Shown: positions 1 to 8,596, counted from the first letter of the stretch. The stretch is DNA of 25,180 bases from an uncultured virus (IMG/VR IMGVR_UViG_3300046171_000301) (IMGVR_UViG_3300046171_000301); one strand, 5' to 3'. Numbers and translations: made by a program. The notes: generated by a model not told the origin, from the letters alone.

Positions 1-391
1 AGAAAGCTTTTAATCTAGAATCGGTACCCACCTGAGGAGTTGGAGCTAATACATATGGCATATCTGACATATGCACCCATTCGTTTTGAGTGCTTGAGGC
101 TACGATTTGACCAACGAAGACAGCGCTGTCTCGAAGAAAGTCAAACTCTGTACTCATGTACAAATTAATTGGATAATTGTACGGTGTGCCATTATCGTTA
201 CCAGGGCCTTGAGAGATAACATAGATATCTTCAACAATTGCTCCGTCATTATCTGTACAGTTTAAAACCAATTGCGCAAAATTAGTTCCCGTAACTTTCT
301 CGGTCAAAATAGTTGCAGAGCCCATTTCATAAACATCGTGAAATACACGATCAATCAATAAAGGCTGTTTGTTAGTGGATGTAGATGCCAT
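1..391 (-). CDS. Hypothetical, probably virion structural, protein; truncated at the left window edge
   Basis: Not in the ORF track. ATG at 389-391 (minus) is preceded by AAGGTAA. The frame reads MASTSTNKQPLLIDRVFHDVYEMG...VGTDSRLKAF with no stop before position 1. Confidence 0.7.
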   Translation of the reverse strand, partial: MASTSTNKQPLLIDRVFHDVYEMGSATILTEKVTGTNFAQLVLNCTDNDGAIVEDIYVISQGPGNDNGTPYNYPINLYMSTEFDFLRDSAVFVGQIVASSTQNEWVHMSDMPYVLAPTPQVGTDSRLKAF

Positions 392-402
392 TGTGATTTA
401 CC

Positions 403-1035
403 TTATGCTTTTGATGGTTTATTACGTCCACCACCACGGCCCATGCTCATTCCTTGAGCATCAGCACTTCCACTTAATGGTAGCGCACCCTGTGGGCCTT
501 CACCTTGAAATTGACCTTTCATCATTGGTGAGATACTGCCGGGCATTCCTTGCTGAATAGCATCTTGTGGAGACATTCCTGACATACCTAATCCGGGCTG
601 TACTTTAAAACTTGGGGCCCCATCAACTGGATTAAGTTTGCCGCCAAAACCAGCGGCAGTTTGAGCCATATTCATGGCAAGCATTTGCTCTGACGTATTG
701 TTATCAGGAGCTGCGAGCTGAGGAGCGCCATAAGGTGCTGCCATATTCTGACCTCTTCCTTGGACACCTCCTAAGCCTTGAACCATGCCGGAATTGCCTA
801 CAAATCCAACTGCACCCATTCGTCCATCCGACATAGGAATTCCGCCGTCTCCATAAGGGAATTTATTCACACCACTAAGAGAACCAATCTGTTGATTAAA
901 TGATTGACCAACCATAGGGTTATTCATCACATTATTGGTCTGGGGAGCGCCAGGGATCGGTTGTGGCGAAACTGACATCTTGAACCGATTGGGATCCATT
1001 TGTTCAGCTCTTGTTTTCTTAGAGTTAGCCATCAT
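403..1035 (-). CDS. Low-complexity G/Q/M/P-rich hypothetical protein with a basic C-terminal tail
   Basis: ORF of ~210 aa. The ATG at 1035 overlaps the upstream stop (TGATG), so it is preferred over the TTG at 1038. Ends GRGGGRNKPSKA. Confidence 0.7.
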   Translation of the reverse strand: MMANSKKTRAEQMDPNRFKMSVSPQPIPGAPQTNNVMNNPMVGQSFNQQIGSLSGVNKFPYGDGGIPMSDGRMGAVGFVGNSGMVQGLGGVQGRGQNMAAPYGAPQLAAPDNNTSEQMLAMNMAQTAAGFGGKLNPVDGAPSFKVQPGLGMSGMSPQDAIQQGMPGSISPMMKGQFQGEGPQGALPLSGSADAQGMSMGRGGGRNKPSKA

Positions 1036-1340
1036 CAATCTCCGTAAATTCCACTATTTAAGTTTTTGCGACGAAATCCAATGCCTCTAGGATCATTTTC
1101 AAACTCTTGCATTTTACCTACTTCCATATTTGGAGCGGCTGTTGTTGATAGACCTTGATCAGCATATGCAGTCTGCGCTACTTCATTTGTTCCAGGCTGA
1201 TTAAAAGGATTATCTTCTTGAAAATCAGGCAGTGAAACACCCATATCTAAAAATTTGGATTGAGACACTGCTGCTCGTTTTTTGGATTCATAATCCGTAT
1301 CGTTGCCACCTTTTCCAAACGTAATCTTTTGAGTACTCAT
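1035..1340 (-). CDS. Hypothetical protein
   Basis: The track starts at TTG 1349, but the ATG at 1340 lies 23 nt downstream of a TAGAAT box (1364-1369). Confidence 0.7.
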   Translation of the reverse strand: MSTQKITFGKGGNDTDYESKKRAAVSQSKFLDMGVSLPDFQEDNPFNQPGTNEVAQTAYADQGLSTTAAPNMEVGKMQEFENDPRGIGFRRKNLNSGIYGD

Positions 1341-1372
1341 AACTATCAAGCTATCCTAAAACTATTCTACTG

Positions 1373-1858
1373 TTATCGCCAATGAGCTGCTAAATAGATT
1401 CGTGACCCAATAGCAGTATCAGCAGGCCCAGGGATTGACATAATGAATTCAGATCCAGCCCTTTCAAATGCATATCTACGTGTTTCAGGTCTTCTATAGT
1501 TTGGTACATACAAAGTTTCTGCTAAACGATCACCTTCTCTTAAATAAATTTCTCTAAAATACTCGTCACCTTTTAATGGATCTGATGTAGCAATCGTACG
1601 TTGGACGTCTCCAGCAATTTGTTCTAAACGGCTGTAATTAGGCGAACCATTACTGTCTTGTGGAAAGTATTCTGAATTTTCCCATGCACGATCACAGCGC
1701 GTGATGTGATTGACAATTTGGTTATACCAAAATTCATCAGGTACTAGCGCCATTGCTTCTTCAAGACGCGCCCTGTCGCCAGCTGGGATCTGTGCTCCAG
1801 CATTAAATCCTAGATGAAATCTAACTTTAGATTTAAGATGATCATCAAGTTGCATCAT
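1373..1858 (-). CDS. Putative head-tail adaptor / head completion protein
   Basis: 161 aa, helical, with N-terminus MQLDDHLKSKVRFHLG resembling head-tail connector N-termini. Lies downstream of the capsid genes with an ATGA overlap. Function is inferred. Confidence 0.45.
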   Translation of the reverse strand: MMQLDDHLKSKVRFHLGFNAGAQIPAGDRARLEEAMALVPDEFWYNQIVNHITRCDRAWENSEYFPQDSNGSPNYSRLEQIAGDVQRTIATSDPLKGDEYFREIYLREGDRLAETLYVPNYRRPETRRYAFERAGSEFIMSIPGPADTAIGSRIYLAAHWR

Positions 1859-2283
1859 ACTTCTCCGATAATTCCTTTATACGTAGAAGCCAGTAATGAT
1901 TCCAATTGCATTATTTCTGTCTCTGATAAACCCTCAGGATTTGTTTGTAATTTTGCAAGCATTTGAGAAGTGGGAGATTGATCAATCATCATTCGACGAG
2001 TACCTTCTCCTAGTGCTCCTCCAAGAATTAATCCGACTAATCCACCAGCCATTCTGTTGCCAGGAGTTACTCTACCCTTTAAATTTTGCATCTTGCTGCG
2101 GCTTAAGCCTTGTCCTTCAGCAAGACGATCTTTGAGTTTATTAATTTGATTCCCAACAGTATGTGCACCTTGTCCAGCTAGTCCACCAATAACAGCACCA
2201 CTTGCGGCACCAATAATCGGAGCAGCGCCAGATTGCTCTTTCTCTTGTGCTAATTTAGCAAGCAAAAGTTCCTCAATATTCAT
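1855..2283 (-). CDS. Glycine-zipper hypothetical virion protein
   Basis: Two GxxxG-rich hydrophobic segments (GAASGAVIGGLAG; GGLVGLILGGALG). Contains the RMAG motif. Confidence 0.7.
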   Translation of the reverse strand: MNIEELLLAKLAQEKEQSGAAPIIGAASGAVIGGLAGQGAHTVGNQINKLKDRLAEGQGLSRSKMQNLKGRVTPGNRMAGGLVGLILGGALGEGTRRMMIDQSPTSQMLAKLQTNPEGLSETEIMQLESLLASTYKGIIGEV

Positions 2284-2311
2284 TGCTAATGACGCTTATA
2301 CTACCACTAGT

Positions 2312-2743
2312 TTAACTAATGAAAATAAGGTCATCCTTAATGAGTTGCTCCCAGTTAACCCGGGGAATATTCTCAAGCTGTTTTAAATTATTAAACCGCT
2401 CTCCAGACAATGACATACGTAGTTCAACAATACGTTTTGCTGTCGAATAACCAACACCTGGAAGTCGTTTTGCAATTTGCTCTGCCTCTGCAAGATTTAA
2501 ATTTAAACGTGTGTCGTCTAGCGGTACAACACGCTCTGGCAAAGCTTCTTCTTTTTCAACAACAAGTTGTGGGGCTTGAACTTTTTCTAACCTACCTTTT
2601 TTAGAATCATATGGAACCAACTCATCGAGAGATACATAGGAAATAGATCCATTGGCACCTCGAACCATTGCGTATTCTTTGTCGTGCTTACCTACGTATT
2701 CAACCAACGCTCCAGTCTTAGTGTTCTGAAATAAATTTGACAT
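2312..2743 (-). CDS. Helix-hairpin-helix (ComEA-like) DNA-binding protein with a small N-terminal beta domain
   Basis: RLNLNLAEAEQIAKRLPGVGYSTAKRIVELR...RFNNLKQLENIPRV matches the ComEA-type HhH pattern. TATAAT lies 23 nt upstream. Confidence 0.8.
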   Translation of the reverse strand: MSNLFQNTKTGALVEYVGKHDKEYAMVRGANGSISYVSLDELVPYDSKKGRLEKVQAPQLVVEKEEALPERVVPLDDTRLNLNLAEAEQIAKRLPGVGYSTAKRIVELRMSLSGERFNNLKQLENIPRVNWEQLIKDDLIFIS

Positions 2744-2777
2744 AGACTAATATCCCTTTCTTACTCATTATAAGCAT

Positions 2778-2804
2778 AAAAAAAGCGCCCAATTAGGGCG
2801 CTTT
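2778..2804 (-). terminator. Rho-independent terminator after the capsid and decoration genes
   Basis: The minus strand reads AAAGCGCCC-TAATT-GGGCGCTTT and continues into a T-run (plus-strand A tract 2778-2784). Confidence 0.9.
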
Positions 2805-2820
2805 AGTGTTAGCAAGAAGA

Positions 2821-3384
2821 TCAATAACCTTGACCTGCTTCTGTTTTATAAGGAAGATGAATGTCTTCAGCACATGCAGCGGGAGCGTCTACGTAGTAGC
2901 AGACTTCCACAATAATTGCTGCAACAGAATCTGTATCAACAACGGTCAGTTCATCACTCACAGTTGCTGTAACAGCTGTTTCGCTCACTAAAGGTGAAAT
3001 GGAGCTTGACAAATCAAATGCAGATGCAGAACCGGCGGCTGCCAGTGCACCAGTAGAAGATGCTGTCAGGGTTGCACCAGTGACTCCTGTCACTTGCAGA
3101 GTTCCGCTAGCACCTGTGCTGAGGTTCTCAGCGCTGATAGCTGTGCGGTACACAGTTGCACCAGCAGGGATGCTAAATGCCTTGTCAAGCCGAGGCTTGT
3201 CATCTTGACGCAGATCAGGAGACAGAACTTTTAACTCATAGGGAGTAGCAGTAGCTGCTTGTGAGCTGTAGATACATGCTGCGCCTACGACACGATAAAA
3301 GTTAACACCAGGAATAGATTGCACGCCTTGATCGCGGTATGCGTTCAAGTGTGTTACTTGGTTACCGGGGAAAATAATAGACAT
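2821..3384 (-). CDS. Putative capsid decoration / minor capsid protein
   Basis: 187 aa, A/S/T/V-rich and beta-type, directly after the MCP and before the terminator, with a strong RBS (AGGAGGT). Function is inferred from position. Confidence 0.6.
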   Translation of the reverse strand: MSIIFPGNQVTHLNAYRDQGVQSIPGVNFYRVVGAACIYSSQAATATPYELKVLSPDLRQDDKPRLDKAFSIPAGATVYRTAISAENLSTGASGTLQVTGVTGATLTASSTGALAAAGSASAFDLSSSISPLVSETAVTATVSDELTVVDTDSVAAIIVEVCYYVDAPAACAEDIHLPYKTEAGQGY

Positions 3385-3400
3385 TGTTAGTTACCTCCTA

Positions 3401-4549
3401 TCAATATACGAATGAGTAACCAACGGTGATGAAGTCCTTATTCAGGATTTCAAAACCAGCAAACAAGGACCAAATCATGATGATAAAACGGCTAAAATCG
3501 TCGTTGTTATTCAGCAAGATCTGAGCATTGTTTCCGCCGATGCCCACACCCACAGCCTGAGGTCCAAAGAAACAAAGTTGAGACATGTCGTAGTCAGCAG
3601 CGCCTGCAGCGGCGTCGGTAATCACGAGGTTTTCGTTCTTCTCAGGAAGGTTGGTTGATTCGAACCAGCGGACGCCTTCAAACAGGAAGCCAGTAGGCAT
3701 CACAGGTTGACCAGCCACAAAACCAGCCTGACCATATGCGGGACCCATACCTTGGTAGAAATTGGCATTAGGTGCAGCATTAGGCTGCATGGGGTTGATC
3801 ATGCCGCTACCGGGGTAACGTGCGATCTCCCTGAAGTCAGCGTTCTGACGCAAGTGCATCATTGCGGTGGGGTCCACGATGCAGCGGTAGTAGCCGTCAG
3901 CAAATGTGGGGACATTGCGCTTACGCATATCCTTAACGACCTCCAGGAGGTCAGTAGTCACGTCGAACTTGGCAGATTCGCCAGCTGCATAGGTGACGCC
4001 ATACACGCCGCCTGAGCCGCCCTTGGCTTTGCCACCGGGCAGGTAGTAGCCACCCTGTTCGGATGAGGCTTGGCCATTGCCATATGCTTTAAGCAGTTCG
4101 TTAGCAAACACACGATCGCGCCACCGGCGGTAGTCATCCAAAAGTGTAAGTGAACCAATGCTTTGGTGGAAGACGTTTAAGTTGCCTGTATCCAGCAGCA
4201 GACGCTGAGCTGTGATCAGGGTCTCACGAGCGACCTTGAAAGTAGAAGGCTGTGCAGAATCACGTGTATCGGCGGGGCCGGTGTATTCACGCAGGGTCAC
4301 GAGGACCTTGTCCTTCACAATGTTGCGGGCAGAAGCTGTACCAAGGGTTTGGTCGGCTGTCCGCTCACGGGACTCCTTAGTGCCAGGCTTGCCCCAGAAG
4401 CGGTACCTATCTAACTGAACAGTTTGACCAGGTTGCTTGCTGAAGTCATGCACGACCACCGGTTCCACGGCCATCTCAATGATGTAAGCCGGGTGGGGAC
4501 GATACAGTTCTGCACCAAGAAGCTTCGGAAAATCATTATCAATCCACAT
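3401..4549 (-). CDS. Major capsid protein (HK97 fold, N4-gp56-like)
   Basis: 382 aa with segments DFSKQPGQTVQLDRY, YYRCIVDP, FEGVRWFESTNLP, FFGPQAVG and DDFSRFIIMIWSLFAGFEIL, which resemble N4-gp56-type capsids. GGAG RBS, GC-rich codons, and followed by a decoration-like gene and a terminator. Confidence 0.85.
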   Translation of the reverse strand: MWIDNDFPKLLGAELYRPHPAYIIEMAVEPVVVHDFSKQPGQTVQLDRYRFWGKPGTKESRERTADQTLGTASARNIVKDKVLVTLREYTGPADTRDSAQPSTFKVARETLITAQRLLLDTGNLNVFHQSIGSLTLLDDYRRWRDRVFANELLKAYGNGQASSEQGGYYLPGGKAKGGSGGVYGVTYAAGESAKFDVTTDLLEVVKDMRKRNVPTFADGYYRCIVDPTAMMHLRQNADFREIARYPGSGMINPMQPNAAPNANFYQGMGPAYGQAGFVAGQPVMPTGFLFEGVRWFESTNLPEKNENLVITDAAAGAADYDMSQLCFFGPQAVGVGIGGNNAQILLNNNDDFSRFIIMIWSLFAGFEILNKDFITVGYSFVY

Positions 4550-4615
4550 GTGGATTAACTCCGTAAGCTAAAAGATTTATAAGTGACTTCGACTTAGTCA
4601 CATAAATAAATAGTA
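4541..4615 (-). promoter_or_regulatory. Structured 5' leader and promoter of the MCP gene
   Basis: TACTAT -10-like box at 4610-4615 (minus); hairpin at 4575-4607; GGAG RBS; perfect 16-bp palindrome at 4541-4556 covering the ATG. Confidence 0.55.
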
Positions 4616-4664
4616 GTATTTTTTGCTAACATACATTTAATATACCCCAGAATTTAAGGGTACT

Positions 4665-5024
4665 ATGGATTTTATTGATACTGGTGTTTGGAAACCAATT
4701 AACTCATTACCAGGATATGAGTGTTGCATTGAATATCACATTAATAGTCAAGGTGAAATTAAAAGTACAAAGGGTCAGATAGAAAGAATTCTCAAACCAC
4801 GCCTACATCGTTCTGGATATCAGACAGTAAATTTGACGCAACGAATAGGACGGAAGCAGGCGGTTACAGCTTACATACATGTTTTAGTGGCACTTGCATT
4901 TCTTTCAGCACCTAAGACCCCTCATGGAAAAACTAAAGGCTGTTCATTTGTAAGACACATAGATGGAGATCTTACAAATAGTTCGGTTTCAAATTTAGAG
5001 TGGGCAAAACGTTCAAGTAATTGA
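4665..5024 (+). CDS. NUMOD4 + HNH homing-endonuclease-like protein, possibly degenerate
   Basis: WKPINSLPGY...YHINSQGEIKS (NUMOD4-like) and YIHVLVALAF...VRHIDGDLTNSSVSNLEW (HNH_3, I-HmuI-like). Opposite strand to the head genes. Confidence 0.85.
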   Translation: MDFIDTGVWKPINSLPGYECCIEYHINSQGEIKSTKGQIERILKPRLHRSGYQTVNLTQRIGRKQAVTAYIHVLVALAFLSAPKTPHGKTKGCSFVRHIDGDLTNSSVSNLEWAKRSSN

Positions 5025-5062
5025 AATGAATTAGAATGTATATAGCTTAAAAGAATCTACCG

Positions 5063-5464
5063 ATGGCTGATAGTATTAAACTTGTTGGAGTAAAAAGAAT
5101 CTCTAATCAAACAGGTAATGATCTAGTACTTTCAAAGCCTACTGGTGGTGGAGATCAATTTAAGATTCGTCGATGGTGGAGTGACAATAAAAATTGTGCT
5201 GTATACGTGAACTGTACCAAACTAAATGTTTCACGTCCTACTGGTAATGTTGTATTAATGGTACCAGCGTCTCAAGACACAAGATTAGATATCAAATTTA
5301 ATGGAGATTCGACGTGGACGTTTGGTCCTGTATCTAGATCTGTAGATCGGGTAGGCGTATTTACAACTAACCTAGAACTGATTGAAGAATATGTTTTCTC
5401 ATCAGTTTCCGGTGGTAAAGTTATGAAGACTATTCCAGCAGGCGCTGCATCTTATCCAGCTTGA
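5063..5464 (+). CDS. Hypothetical beta-rich protein
   Basis: 133-aa ORF with TAGAAT (5032-5037) 25 nt upstream. Overlaps the next ORF tail-to-tail by 13 nt. Confidence 0.7.
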   Translation: MADSIKLVGVKRISNQTGNDLVLSKPTGGGDQFKIRRWWSDNKNCAVYVNCTKLNVSRPTGNVVLMVPASQDTRLDIKFNGDSTWTFGPVSRSVDRVGVFTTNLELIEEYVFSSVSGGKVMKTIPAGAASYPA

Positions 5465-6120
5465 CGTCTTTGATCGTCAGTCATAGAGTTGATAGATAGA
5501 TATTCTCTACCAATTTCAATTGAAATATTATATGGTAGTCGTACACTTCGTCTTGCGTGCAAGCCTACATAAAAAACGTCTTTAACGCCAACAAGAATAG
5601 AATTTGATTCATGCTGTAACTTATTTGAATCGTAGAGGCTAACATCCAACCAGTTATCTACATATTGGTTATTGGTTTTTAAATTATTTAAATCTACGCT
5701 AATACGAGCAGAATCGGGACTTGATAATTTGCTGTTGTATTCGGATTCTGTATAGGTTTGTCCGTTTAAAGTAGGATAACTCTCAAGTGCCGATTCATAA
5801 TCATTTGAACTTTCATTCCCTCCACGACTAACAATTACAGTTGAGTATCCATCAGGAGTTTCAACAGTTTGATACAAAGAAATTGCACTATTAATATTAA
5901 GAGAAAACTTTAAGTATACATTCTCAGCACCAAACAGACCAATATTTCCGGTGTAATTTAAAGTTAACGGAAAGGTGGTAAGGGTTTGACTAAAAGGCTT
6001 TTCAATTGAAGCACCCTTTGTAAAATTTAAGCTTTTTGATACAGAAAGGGTTGATGATTGTGTTCTGTCAGCAACGCCATATTTAATGTACCTTTCAAGT
6101 ATTGCTGGCGTTACGTCCAT
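5452..6120 (-). CDS. Hypothetical beta-rich, AT-rich protein
   Basis: 222-aa ORF with TAAAAT (6144-6149) 23 nt upstream. Confidence 0.7.
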   Translation of the reverse strand: MDVTPAILERYIKYGVADRTQSSTLSVSKSLNFTKGASIEKPFSQTLTTFPLTLNYTGNIGLFGAENVYLKFSLNINSAISLYQTVETPDGYSTVIVSRGGNESSNDYESALESYPTLNGQTYTESEYNSKLSSPDSARISVDLNNLKTNNQYVDNWLDVSLYDSNKLQHESNSILVGVKDVFYVGLHARRSVRLPYNISIEIGREYLSINSMTDDQRRQAG

Positions 6121-6146
6121 ATGATCTTAGATTCTATTCTTTTATT

Positions 6147-7106
6147 TTAAATGTATTCAAATACTTTCTCACTTCGTACAACTAATTCTTTCAGGGCTTT
6201 CCTTTCTAACGTCCTTACACGATCTCTACTCATATTAAGAATTTGACCGACAGCAGTCATTGACATTGGTTCTACAACATCTTCACCAATTCCATATCTC
6301 ATCCGAACAACGGATGCTTGCATCTCTGGTAACTCCTTAATCAGCTCTCTCATATCTTCTTTAATACAGCTTGCAGTCAAAAGATCATCAGGTAGTTGGC
6401 TTTCATCTTCAAGAAGGTCGATAAGAGCTGTGTCACGGTTTTCCCCTATTTTTATTTCAAGGGATGTAGGCTGACGAGCCTTACACATAAGATCTTTAAT
6501 TTCATCTTCAGACAGTTCTAGACATTCAGCTAGCTGACTGACTGTAGGCATAAATCCATTGAGCTGAGATAGTTCTCTTTGTGCTTTTTTAAGCCGGTTT
6601 AGGTTCTCAGTTACATGAATTGGTAGTCGTATTGCCCTACTCTTTTCTGCAATGGCACGGGTGATGCCTTGGCGAATCCACCAGTAGGCGTAGGTTGAAA
6701 ACTTGTACCCACGACCTGGGTCAAACTTTTCAACCCCTCTTACAAGCCCAATGGTTCCTTCTTGGATTATATCTAAGAGCTCCATATTTCTCTTAGTATA
6801 TTTTTTTGCAATGCTTACAACGAGGCGTAAATTTGCTGTGACCATTTTGTCTTTTGCTTTTTGGCCAGCGCGAATCTCTCTCGTTAATTCCTTCCTATCG
6901 AAGTCGAAATATAATGCTAGCTCTGTATCATCAATAGTGCGATTATGTTCTTCAATCAACTCTTTACGTTTATCTTCGATTTCCATCAACCGCTGCACTT
7001 TACGGCCTAGCAGAATTTCTTCATCATGCTCTAGTAAAGGAATGCGGCCAATGTCACGAAGATACGCTCGAACACTATCACCTGTGTGCTTAACTGCAGT
7101 TGTCAT
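6147..7106 (-). CDS. rpoD: Phage-encoded RNA polymerase sigma-70 factor, cyanobacterial group-2 (RpoD-like) type
   Basis: Region 1.2 DSVRAYLRDIGRIPLL; region 2 ANLRLVVSIAKKY...DIIQEGTIGLVRGVEKFDPGRGYKFSTYAYWWIRQGITRAI; region 3 IRLPIHVTENLNRLKK; region 4 SRDRVRTLERKAL. Region 1.1 is absent. Confidence 0.95.
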   Translation of the reverse strand: MTTAVKHTGDSVRAYLRDIGRIPLLEHDEEILLGRKVQRLMEIEDKRKELIEEHNRTIDDTELALYFDFDRKELTREIRAGQKAKDKMVTANLRLVVSIAKKYTKRNMELLDIIQEGTIGLVRGVEKFDPGRGYKFSTYAYWWIRQGITRAIAEKSRAIRLPIHVTENLNRLKKAQRELSQLNGFMPTVSQLAECLELSEDEIKDLMCKARQPTSLEIKIGENRDTALIDLLEDESQLPDDLLTASCIKEDMRELIKELPEMQASVVRMRYGIGEDVVEPMSMTAVGQILNMSRDRVRTLERKALKELVVRSEKVFEYI

Positions 7107-7124
7107 ATCTACCTTGCTTATTTA

Positions 7125-7727
7125 TTAAATATAGTCCATATGTTGCACGCCTGTCAACTTATCCTGTACAGAAAATTGTAATTTAGAGTCTTTCTTTTTG
7201 GGTTTATGTGTGCATTTACCTGTAACCATGTCAATATTAATTTCTTTAGGCTCAGCATCGCCCATCACATAATCTCTTTCAATATAAATAGTGTTGAATA
7301 TGTCTAGGTCTTTGTAAAAAAATCTTTTTATAGAACGGTCTCTGTTATAGGACATAACTGTATTAGTAGTAGCAGCGTGGTCCTTTGGATGTCCAAGACC
7401 TAGGGCATGGCCTAATTCATGAATTACAGTTGAATCGTAGTGATCTCCAATAACAGTTTTTAGTTTCCAAACTCGGTTATCAGGATGCCAAGACGCATTT
7501 CCTAGAATGTTGCCATAAAGACCTTCTACTGTTTTAACTCTTTTGCTACGAATTTCGGCTTCTTTTTTTAACTCTACTCTTTCGAAGTTAATGCCGAGGT
7601 CTTTTTCTAATTCATCTACTAATACTGGGAAATAATCAGATTTTTTATTAGCCCACCATGTAATGACACCATCATCGTACATTGGGATACTTGCATAGCC
7701 CATCCAATCAGCTATTAACTCATTCAT
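7125..7727 (-). CDS. Metzincin zinc metalloprotease (matrixin/M10-like)
   Basis: HELGHALGLGH (HExxHxxGxxH) followed by a Met-turn, TVMSYN. Confidence 0.88.
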   Translation of the reverse strand: MNELIADWMGYASIPMYDDGVITWWANKKSDYFPVLVDELEKDLGINFERVELKKEAEIRSKRVKTVEGLYGNILGNASWHPDNRVWKLKTVIGDHYDSTVIHELGHALGLGHPKDHAATTNTVMSYNRDRSIKRFFYKDLDIFNTIYIERDYVMGDAEPKEINIDMVTGKCTHKPKKKDSKLQFSVQDKLTGVQHMDYI

Positions 7728-7756
7728 TACATCTACTGTTTATACTTTATTTAGAT

Positions 7757-8059
7757 TTATTCTAATGAATTAAAATCATAAATTCCTGCAAATCTAGTAT
7801 TGCTTTTTGGCGGCTCTTCTCGTCCTTCTAGTGCTTCAACTGCCATAGCTTGTGCAGCATGTTCGTTAAATCCTTTCTCCTTATACATATCAAAGTATTG
7901 CTGATATTTCTCAACCGAGCTTTCAAAGTCTTCTCCATGATTCAGCATCTCTGCTGTCATGTGATTAGCAGCCTGATCAGGCACACCGTCAGTTTTTAAA
8001 TGCTTCCAAATAGTCTGAAAGACTTCAGGGTTATCAGCATTATCACCAGCAAGACGCAC
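7757..8059 (-). CDS. Small hypothetical protein with two internal helical repeats
   Basis: GTG start, 100 aa. Repeats WKHLKTDGVPDQAANHMTAEML and FDMYKEKGFNEHAAQAMAVEAL. RLAG at the N-terminus and RFAG near the C-terminus. Confidence 0.7.
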   Translation of the reverse strand: MRLAGDNADNPEVFQTIWKHLKTDGVPDQAANHMTAEMLNHGEDFESSVEKYQQYFDMYKEKGFNEHAAQAMAVEALEGREEPPKSNTRFAGIYDFNSLE

Positions 8060-8108
8060 AGCACTTATTAACTAACACTACTAATAGTGTAATAAATTTC
8101 AAGACTTA

Positions 8109-8567
8109 TCAAGAATTTGTCATTTGGTTACTCATCATGCTTCCAGTTTCAATGTTTCTATAAAACGCATCTGGGTTTTCTTGAAGACGGTTATTTAATC
8201 TGAGCATACTTGCGCCCATCTCATTAGCATCCATGATTGATGCTAATTTACGATTTAAGTCGTATTGAGCTTGTGCCTGAGCATCTGATGCTTCTGTGTT
8301 CATCTTCTCTTGCATACGCATTGCTGATACAGCACCTTGACTACGGGCAGTAGTTGTATTTGCACGGATGTCTTGACCGCGCATGTTTTGATGCAGTTCA
8401 GGCTGTGCGTTTGCATAGGGTTTAGAGAATAAACCGCTATCATCTAAATTATTAATTTCGGGCACTCCGGTGGTCATGCCTCCGATGCCTTGTTGTGCAG
8501 AAGCCTCAGCATATGTTGTACGTGAAACAGGAGCTGCATCTAATGGACTAATACGCTGAGGATTCAT
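8109..8567 (-). CDS. Hypothetical protein, probably virion-associated
   Basis: 152-aa ORF with an AAGG RBS and TAAAAT (8591-8596) 23 nt upstream. Confidence 0.75.
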   Translation of the reverse strand: MNPQRISPLDAAPVSRTTYAEASAQQGIGGMTTGVPEINNLDDSGLFSKPYANAQPELHQNMRGQDIRANTTTARSQGAVSAMRMQEKMNTEASDAQAQAQYDLNRKLASIMDANEMGASMLRLNNRLQENPDAFYRNIETGSMMSNQMTNS

Positions 8568-8596
8568 TTGTTTATACCTTAATTAACTTTATTTTA

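Noticed and set aside
2312..2743. Photosystem II PsbU as an auxiliary metabolic gene
   Set aside because: Only the HhH fold is shared. There is no signal peptide and the LPGVG motif is ComEA-like.
2806..4418. Antisense and alternative-frame ORFs over the capsid and decoration genes
   Set aside because: Shadow ORFs caused by codon bias in highly expressed genes; no recognisable protein features.
6703..7128. 141-aa plus-strand ORF antisense to the sigma factor, and similar short shadows at 11837, 12479, 13310, 13780, 15184, 16441, 19186-20026 and 20482-21688
   Set aside because: They lie within well-supported genes on the other strand or frame and have no independent signals.
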